Source of the DNA: Azolla caroliniana
Lineage: Eukaryota > Plantae > Polypodiophyta
NCBI GenBank assembly: GCA_043228905.1
Contig: JBHGNT010000784.1
Location: forward strand, 1 to 15,737
Direction: 5' to 3'
DNA: 15,737 nucleotides
Shown: positions 1 through 7,900 of the stretch, one piece after another
How positions within the stretch are numbered: the first letter of the stretch is position 1
How the letters are laid out: each line of letters starts with the position of its first letter
Position numbers and translations under genes: made by a program
Notes under the pieces: model-generated
Seen by the model: only the letters and a program-made list of their open reading frames with translations
Told to the model about the DNA's origin: nothing
The model's database searches: none

Positions 1-461
1 AATGGAAGGTTAGAGCCTCTTGGAATACGAAATGTTGATCTTGTTCAAAAGGCCATTAATCTTCTTTCTGACACCAAAATAGCAATCTTAACTATTACCA
101 ACCATCCGACTAAATGGAAGGTTAGAGCCTCTTGGAATACGAAATGTTGATCTTGTTCAAAAGGCCATTAATCTTCTTTCTGACACCAAAATAGCAATCT
201 TAACTATTACCAACCATCCGACTAAATGGAAGGTTATAGCCTCTTGGAATACGAAATGTTGATCTTGTTGTTCAAAAGGCCATTAATCTTCTTTCTGACA
301 CCAAAATAGCAATCTTAACTATTACGAACCATCCGACTAAATGGAAGGTTATAGCCTCTTGGAATACAAAATGTTGATCTTGTTGTTCAAAAGGCCATTA
401 ATCTTCTTTTTGACACCAAAATAGCAATCTTAACTATTACCAACCATCCAACTAAATGGAA
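1..461. repeat. Tandem array of 112/115-bp units (4 full copies plus 7 nt, truncated by window start)
   Basis: Seen directly: units start at 1, 113, 225, 340, 455 (AATGGAAGGTT...). Copies 1 and 2 are identical (112 bp). Copies 3 and 4 share a TTG insertion (115 bp) and a TAGAGC>TATAGC change. Confidence 0.97.
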
Positions 462-794
462 TGTTAAAAAGTTGTTTACCTTCCCACCTCAACAACCTTG
501 ATGTCGTCAAAACCTTCATTGGTAATGAATTGGCACACAAAAAGCTTTCTATTATCTCCCTCTACTACATTATATCAACTCCTTAATATAGCTTCCTCGA
601 GTTTTTAACATATATAATTTTAAACTTTCAGTTTTTTAGGAGTTAATTTAGCAAATATGTAAGAGTTGTTGAGTCAAGACTATTAGCAAATAAAAAACCC
701 TTATCGACGATGAGTTGATCTAGTAGAAAAAATTAGGGAAACATGCCAATTTGTAGTCCAACTAATGAACCTATTGGTAAATAACATATAATAG

Positions 795-1617
795 TGCTCC
801 CATTCTTCACATATTCTGTGGCATTCGTAAGGAATTTTCTTTTGAAGCAGATTGAATCGGTACATGTGGGGGAAAAATATTGGGAGGAAGGTAATGTGTC
901 ATCCTCGCATATGTTGAAGTTTTGGAAACAATTTTGGTCACTTAAGTGTATGAATAAGGTATTACATTTTTGATGGTTGATGATTCATTATGCCTCGCCA
1001 ATAGGAGGTTTATTGAGGGGAACAGTGCCAGATAGATCATGTGTTATGTGTGGGTTTGCAGTTGAGACATTGCATCATGTTTTTTGGGAATGTGTTGCGG
1101 CCAAAAGTTTTTGGTTTCGAATTCTTAGGTTATTAGGTCGTAAGTTAGGTCAACCATTTTCACGTGGGGTGCAATATTTTGGGGAACGTTGGGTCAGCAA
1201 AAGGCTTTTTATCATTACCATAATTCTTCATTGACTTTACATGTAAAATGTTTTCAGGTGTATTCTATTTCAACCTCCATACTGGGAATCAAGTTCTTCT
1301 CGCGGTGTTATGTTAGGTAGATTGTTTCCTCTTTGGCCCTATGGGTTTTGTGGAAAGCGAGGTGTTCCAAACTATACAACGATGAACAAATTCATGTTGT
1401 GGATCAGGTTAAGACCTCTTGGGAATTATTGATACATACAGTAAAAGGTGAGTATGATAGTTATAAGGGTTATGGAAATAAAGCTAATCGGAAAAGAAGA
1501 AGAATTCGTAGAGTCTGGGCATCTATTCCTATTATGTTGGATGCAGGTGATGATGTTAAGTGGAATTACGTTCCACCTCGTTGGTTGTTTCCACCACCAA
1601 CGCCGTTCATAGTCTAG
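795..1617 (+). mobile_element. Decayed 3' end of an L1-type LINE ORF2 (zf-RVT-like domain plus C-terminal WxxWKAR motif)
   Basis: Translation FTYSVAFVRNFL...FWKQFWSLKCMNKVLHF*WLMIH...CVMCGFAVETLHHVFWECVAAKSFW resembles plant LINE zf-RVT (CxxC..ET..H.F..C..A...W). It is followed by ALWVLWKARC. Stops at 971 and 1318, frameshift near 1150. Boundaries approximate. Confidence 0.8.
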
Positions 1618-1689
1618 ACAACATGACTCAAGATGAAGGTGGTTGAGGCATAGGTGACTTACTCCGTTCGTGGAAGTAGATTGTTGGAT

Positions 1690-3085
1690 TCAGGACTCGA
1701 GCAATGAATGGCAAGATAGTTGATGTGGAAAATGAAGAGGATTTATTGTTGCAAGGATGAGTGAGGATGTTGTTGAGGGTTGAAGTAGAATTTCATGAGG
1801 GGATGAGGACAATTCATTCATTTTGTTTGTTGTCTATACAGGAATTTGGTGAAAATGGCGAGAGGGTTGCATATTTTGAAGCAGATTTAGTTATTTTAAC
1901 TTTTAGAACGATGAATGAAGACAGGGACGGAGGCAGATACAAATTTTCATGACGGTCTGAGGAGTGTGTATATATAGGAAAGTGCTGAAAATGGAGAGGA
2001 TTTTGATGGAAAATGGCGAGATGGTTGATGTGGAAGTTTTATTGAAGTAGACTTATTTATTTTCAATTTTTAGAATGATGAGTGAAGATGGTGTCGGAGG
2101 CAGAAGCAAGGTTTCATGAGGGTTTGAGGAGAGTGGATTCATTCTAGTTTTTTTGTAGGTATAGGACTCAGGCGATGAATGGCAAGATGGTTGAAGTGAA
2201 AAATGAGGTTGATTTAATTTTGAAAGGATGAGTGAACATGGTGGTGGAGGCAGAAGTAAGCTCTCATGAGGGTTTGAGGAGAGTGGATTCATTCTAGTTT
2301 TTGTAGGTACAGGACTCGGGCGATGAATGGCAGGATGGTTGTAGTGGAAAATGAAGTTGATTTAATTTTGAAAGGACAAGTGGTGATGGTGGCGGGGGTA
2401 GAAGCAAGGTTTCATGAGGGTTTCAAGAGAGTGGATTCATCTGGTTTTTGTAGGTATAGGACTCGGGCGATGAATGACAAGATGTTTGTAATAGAAAATG
2501 CAATTGATTTAATTTTGAAAGGATGAGTGAGGATGTTGTAGAGAGTTGAAGCAAAATTTCACAAGTGGATGAGGACAACTTATTTGTTTTGCTTGTTGTC
2601 TATACAGGATTTTGATGCAAAATGGCGACATAGTTGATGTGGAAGTTTTTTGAAGCAGTCTTATTTACTTTCAGTTTTCAGAACGATGAATGAAGATGGT
2701 GGCGGAGGTAGAAGCAAGGTTTTATGAGGGTTTGAGGAGAGTGGATAAATTTTGTTTTGTGTATGTACAAGAAATTGCTGAAAATAGAGAGATACAAGAC
2801 TCATGCGATGACTGCCAAAATGGATGTTGTGGAAAAGGAAGCTGATTTATTTTTGAAAGGATGAGTGAGGATGTTGTCAAGGGTTGAAGCAAAATGCCAT
2901 GAGTGGATGAGGACAACTGATTCGTTTTCTTTGTTGTCTATACAGGAAATTCATGGAAAAAGGGGAGATGACTGATGTGGAAATATTTTGAAGCACATTT
3001 ATTTATTTATAATTCATACAACGATGCACGAAGATGGTGGCGGAGGCAGAAGCAAATTTTCATGAGGGTTTGAGGAGATTGGATT
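1690..3085. repeat. Degenerate tandem repeat block, about 9 units of ~147-176 bp in two subtypes
   Basis: The motif (T)TCATGAGGG..GAGGA recurs at about 1790, 1944, 2111, 2261, 2409, 2557, 2720, 2896, 3058. GGACTC..GCGATGAATG recurs at 1693, 2164, 2312, 2459 (148/147 spacing). Confidence 0.88.
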
Positions 3086-3926
3086 GTATTAGAGAACCAA
3101 TATTTTCATATGGTAGGTTCATCTAGATATGATGAACTCTTACATGTAGCAACGATCAAGGAATCATTGTGAAAGAAGACATATCACTTACATGTTGAAT
3201 ACGATGGAATTGGTGCTATGGGCTTTGACATGGCATCAACATTACTTGGTGATATGGACGTTAGTAGGGCAACAATATTACTTAGGGAGAAGTTCATCGA
3301 TTGTGGAGTTCATGTTTACGAACCAAGTTTGGTAAGATGTGAGAAATTTGGAGGATTCATTCAAATTCTGGTGCAGAAGCTAAAAAGAAAATAACAAATC
3401 ATGTATTGCAAGTGCAAAGACACTGAAAATGCAAGGAGATTTTGAAAGGACGTGAGATGCATGCTGAGATTGAAAGAAAGGGGCCATTTGGATGAAACAT
3501 TATTCTTGGATGCCGAATATGAATAAGATTGGCGTGAATTTTTTTTATTTATCTTTATCTAGAAAGATTGGTTACGATCAATTAACATGGCTACACAATA
3601 TTCATTGTAATGTTGGATTATCTTGTATCTTGCCTTTGGCCACTTTAATTTTAATACTAATGGAGGATAGTTAAAAAAAAAAAAAACATATAATAGTGCA
3701 ATTTCATGATAAACAAAATTTAGTAATAAAAAGTTTGAACCCAAAAAAACATTGTCTTTGCATCTTCGTAGTTCTCATGTCCACATTATTAGTAGATCAA
3801 TGTATTACTATTTTGAAATGCCCGACCGGGTAGCTAGATTCGCACCAATTGTTCGCATATCGTGTGACAATCAATAGAAGTTACAGGACTTATGGAGGAT
3901 CATCTCTCTAAGAAACATGCCAGAAT

Positions 3927-3964
3927 ATGTGCATGTGCATGTGCATGTGCATGTGCATGTGCAT
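3927..3964. repeat. (ATGTGC)6 hexanucleotide microsatellite
   Basis: Seen directly: six perfect ATGTGC units plus AT. Confidence 0.97.
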
Positions 3965-4093
3965 CCAAATCCCTTTCATCTGTGTGTCTACTGTTCAACA
4001 AGAGTTTCTCTTCAATTACTTTCCTTCACGTTTCCTCCAATCAAACGAAACGTTTGCTTCACGTTTCTGTTAATTTTCCGGCGGCGTTTCTTA

Positions 4094-4116
4094 ATTTTCC
4101 CGGCGGCCGGGAAAAT
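4094..4116. promoter_or_regulatory. Palindrome containing two inverted E2F-like sites (TTTCCCGG)
   Basis: ATTTTCCCGGC-G-GCCGGGAAAAT has perfect 11-bp arms. Each arm fits the plant E2F consensus WTTSSCSS. It lies just upstream of the pyrimidine-rich leader of IPO9. Function is inferred. Confidence 0.55.
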
Positions 4117-4157
4117 GAAATAAAGAAACGGAGGAGATGAACGGGAAATGAAGAAGC

Positions 4158-4202
4158 CTTCGTCTTCTTCTTCTTCTTCTTCTTCTTCGTCTTCTTCTTC
4201 GT
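4158..4202 (+). repeat. (CTT)n microsatellite with CGT interruptions
   Basis: Seen directly: (CTT)8 CGT (CTT)3. Confidence 0.95.
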
Positions 4203-4224
4203 GGCGCCATTTTCTGTCATAAAC

Positions 4225-4257
4225 CCTCCTCCTCCTCCTCCTCCTCCTCCTCCTCCT
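4225..4257 (+). repeat. (CCT)11 microsatellite
   Basis: Seen directly. Typical of a pyrimidine-rich plant core promoter/5' UTR. Confidence 0.95.
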
Positions 4258-4374
4258 CCCTTCGCTGCAGAGGAAGACAGAAAGAGTAGAGAAAGTGTCG
4301 CCTGTCTCTTCGCCCCAGCCTTCCCTTCTCCTTTGCAGACAAGGAAGGAGTTACTTCTCCTCCCAAAACAAAAC

Positions 4375-4770
4375 GTAAGAGCTCCTCCATCCACACACAC
4401 TCTTCGTGCTTTGCATCGCATTGCCTTTTTATGTTCCCTTCTCCTTTTTCCCTGCGCATTCCTGTCATGTACGAAATGTAGGGTTTCTCGTCTTCCTGAA
4501 TTGGAGGGATGTGAAGAATATGGCATCTGAACTACCTCAACTCGTCTGAAAGTTTGTTATTCATATTATACTGTTTAGATTCCATTTTTTTTCTGACTAA
4601 TGGAAAGAGGCCAAACTACACTCTTTCAGCTGTCTCCATTTTTTTGAAGAATGATCTATTTATTCACGACGTATACCTCATCTTCCTTCAATAGAAGAAG
4701 GAGAAGTATGGCTTCTTAGTTGTTTCATTTTCTTCTGAAAATTTTCCTCATCTGTATATATACAGTGTAG
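4375..4770 (+). other. Putative 5' UTR (leader) intron of IPO9
   Basis: Donor-like AAAC|GTAAGA at 4375. Acceptor candidates TACAG (4765) or TGTAG (4770) follow a T/C-rich tract, 18-23 nt before the ATG at 4789. No transcript evidence. Confidence 0.45.
4479..4486 (-). promoter_or_regulatory. Telo-box (AAACCCTA)
   Basis: TAGGGTTT on +, an exact telo-box on -, in the 5' region of the gene where plant telo-boxes commonly occur. Confidence 0.45.
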
Positions 4771-4788
4771 ATTTCTTCATTATTCTGA

Positions 4789-4900
4789 ATGGAAGGAGGA
4801 CAAGTATGGCTGCTTAACTGTCTCAATTCTACATTGGATGTTGATCCGGGAATAAGGAAAGCAGCAGAAGATGCGTTGAATACAGCATCTAGTCAACCAG
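4789..4900 (+). CDS. IPO9: IPO9 coding exon 1
   Basis: MEGGQVWLLNCLNSTLDVDPGIRKAAEDALNTASSQP, donor G|GTACTT. Confidence 0.9.
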
Positions 4901-7900
4901 GTACTTTCGTTCTTCTATCAAAATATGTCTAGGAAGAGAATTCTAGTCTTTGAACCGAAATTTACTCTCTGAAACGAAATCCAGCCTTCAAAAAGCATTC
5001 TTAACTTGCCTATACATGGAAGAGGAGCAGTAGTCTTTTGCATGAATCCAACACTTAAGCATAGACTTGCATGTCTTTTTAATGGCTTGACATATTTTAA
5101 AGGACTTCATGATTAAATTAAAGGAAGCTTGAAAGACCAATATTATTTATTTATTTGGGAATATGCAATGCTGGAAAGATTTAAGCTGTTACAAACTTTC
5201 CAAAAAGAAGTATATATGGAAATTTTGGAGACAATGTTGTTCTTCAGGAATGAAATACTCTATTCAGCCTCATTATTTAAAGATTTTAAATAATACTTTT
5301 TTTTTATCCTTTTTATATTTATCAGAAAGAAGCTTTAGAGAGCTTGTTGGTCAATATAATTTTTATGTGCAATGAAAATTCTAGAAAACGTTTTGGAGGT
5401 TAAGTAATGGTAATTGTGTCTCGTAATTGGCCACTTCCGCTCACATTGCAGTTTTAATTGTTTCCTCTTTTTGTTGGTTGGATGAAGGTTATGGAGTTGC
5501 CCTTGCTAATGTAGTGTTGGACAAGTCTTTACCACTGGGCCTTCGACAGATATCCTTTTAAATATGATATAAAAATTTCCTAAAAGTTGCTGATCCGTGC
5601 AATTCATTTGATTCAACCTCTCATCACAAAGTACACGTGGAAAAATGCAGGTCATGTTGAATGGCTAGAACTGAATCTTTTGAGCCATGGTTAAGAACGT
5701 GTATATCTTTGCTGGAGTAGGTTTGTTTCCTTGATAAATTTTTTACCTAGCAGCAGTCATTTTAAAGCAATATGTAAAGAAGCATTGGATGGATGAAGAC
5801 AAGGATAAGCCTTCCATTGTTTCATCTGAAGATAAGGTATTGATGAATCTTTTAGGATGATACATGTGCTAAGACATGCAACTCGTAGGCACTGTGATTT
5901 GCTGCTTGTGGGTGTGCAGGTTGCCATTCGGAGCCTTCTCTTACAAGTTCTTGATGATTCTCATGGAAAAATCAGAACTGCTGTAGGTATGGCTATTGCA
6001 TCGATTGCAAGCTGTGATTGGCCAGAGGACTGGCCAGATCTTATGGACTTTCTACTGCGTTACATAAATGATCAGAATGACATAAATAAGGGTAATGATT
6101 TTTTGTATTGAAGCTGTATTTTTTAACCTTCACAACAAAGTTTGATTATTATTTACACTTTATTCAGTTAATGGAGCTCTGAAGTGCCTTGCACTTTTTT
6201 CTGGAGATCTTGATGATATGCACATACCACAACTTGTGCCCATTCTTTTTCCATCATTATATACCATTGTTTCTTCACCCCATGTAAGTAGATGTGTTCA
6301 ATGAATAGATCCAAACAAAGTATTTGGCAATACACCACCTACTCCAGTTCATGCAAAGGTACAGAGCAGGATGCCATACATGCTCATTTTTTTTATGTTT
6401 TATGTGCTTGATTCTATAGAATTATGGCCCATGTATGCGACGGAGGGCATTCATCATATTCCATGGTTGTGTATCTACTCTTGGCATAATGACTGGCATC
6501 TATCAGGTAGAGGAACAACTTCTTTTTTGTTAGCACCTATTGTTGATGGTATTTCCTGAAGCATCCCTCATGGATGGATTGGGTATAGACTGAGACAAGA
6601 GCTCTAGTATCCCCAATGTTGAAGGCTTGGATGCATCAATTCGCAATTGTTTTATCATCACCAGTTCCTAAAGAAAATCCTGATGACTGGGGTCTCAGAA
6701 TGGAGGTACTGAAATCATAAATTACATCAACATGCATTATTTTTCTATAAGGATATGCCTAACTTGTCAATGGGTGTGTTTGACACACCTAAGAAGGATC
6801 TAATATATGTTTCCAATTGTAGGCCCTGAAAGCACTGATGCAACTGGTTCTCAATTTTCCAAAACTAGTTTATGCAGAGTTTTCTGGTTAGTGCTTGATT
6901 TTTCTTGCAAGCAAGCTCACATATTGTGAACTTTTCTGATGCAATAACACTTCACTTGTTAATGCAGTCATCCTCTCTCCATTGTGGCAAACATTTGTTT
7001 CTTCGCTTGAGGTGTATGAATCTGCATGTGTACATGGACTAGAAGATTCATTTTCAGAAGTCGCAGATTCTGATGGTAACGAACAAAGTTTGGAATCTTT
7101 CTGTGTACAGGTGATGCTGAATTTTATCTTTCATAAGCTAAAATTATTTTTAGATTCTCAATTTTATCATAAGTAGTGATGCTAAAGTTGAATTATGAAG
7201 CACATAATAATATAGAGTCCATATCTGTGGTCCAAGGCTATAAAGAACCACTATCTATGTGGAGCTGTATTGAGGTACTGCATCCTTTTGGGCCATCTTT
7301 GAGGAGCTTACTTAAGTTCACAGAGGTTTGCTCCAGTCATAGTGCTTGTTTCTCAAAGTTATAACCATTGACCACTTTAAATAAGTGAGAATATGTGAGC
7401 CCCCCAACTACTTGATTATCCTCATGTACCTAATCCATTTGACTATCTTGATCGCTAGAAAGAAAGATATATTAACGTCTTCTAAGGCCAAAATTCGCCC
7501 ATGAGACAATTGGTGTACAACAAAAAAACATGGTATTTACCCGACATCAAAAATAAAAATAAAAATAAGAATAGAACTTAAGCTTAAAGAGTTCTAGTAT
7601 TGTACAAAACATGTTATGATGTAACATATTTGATAAAGGAAATGACTTTGTACTAGGCCTAGTTTCATTTCCATCCAAGCCTCTCGAAAAGAAGTGGGAT
7701 GCCAAAGGGTTTTGGTGTGGGTGTGACCCATGGTCCCGGTGTAGAAGGTACCCCAATCATGGCTTCTAGGCAGTGTAGCTCACGTTCCTGTATTTTCTTA
7801 ATTGCTTCTACACCATGTCGAGTTACTTTGAAACTCGACATCCGAGGGCATTTGGTTTGTCTTTGGTTTTTTGCTTCATCAAGGAAAATGCCAAATGGTG

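Noticed and set aside
1-461. CRISPR-like array
   Set aside because: Whole units repeat with no unique spacers, and the context is eukaryotic.
1761-2916. Short ORFs 1761-1952, 2053-2292, 2323-2526, 2722-2916
   Set aside because: They are translations of the tandem repeat block, and frames are not preserved between units.
3821-3840. Possible Helitron 3' end (CCCGACCGGG...CTAG)
   Set aside because: The hairpin is too short and too close to CTAG, and CTAG is not followed by T.
3892-4530. ORFs with poly-P, poly-G, poly-E, poly-K, (CA)n and (VH)n peptides
   Set aside because: These are by-products of microsatellites in the promoter/leader, with no recognisable domain.
5747-5756. GT-AG alternative for intron 2 using CTAG/CAG/CAG acceptors
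   Set aside because: There is no GT donor at the end of exon 2, and these AGs would break the frame or delete the conserved LAAV residues.
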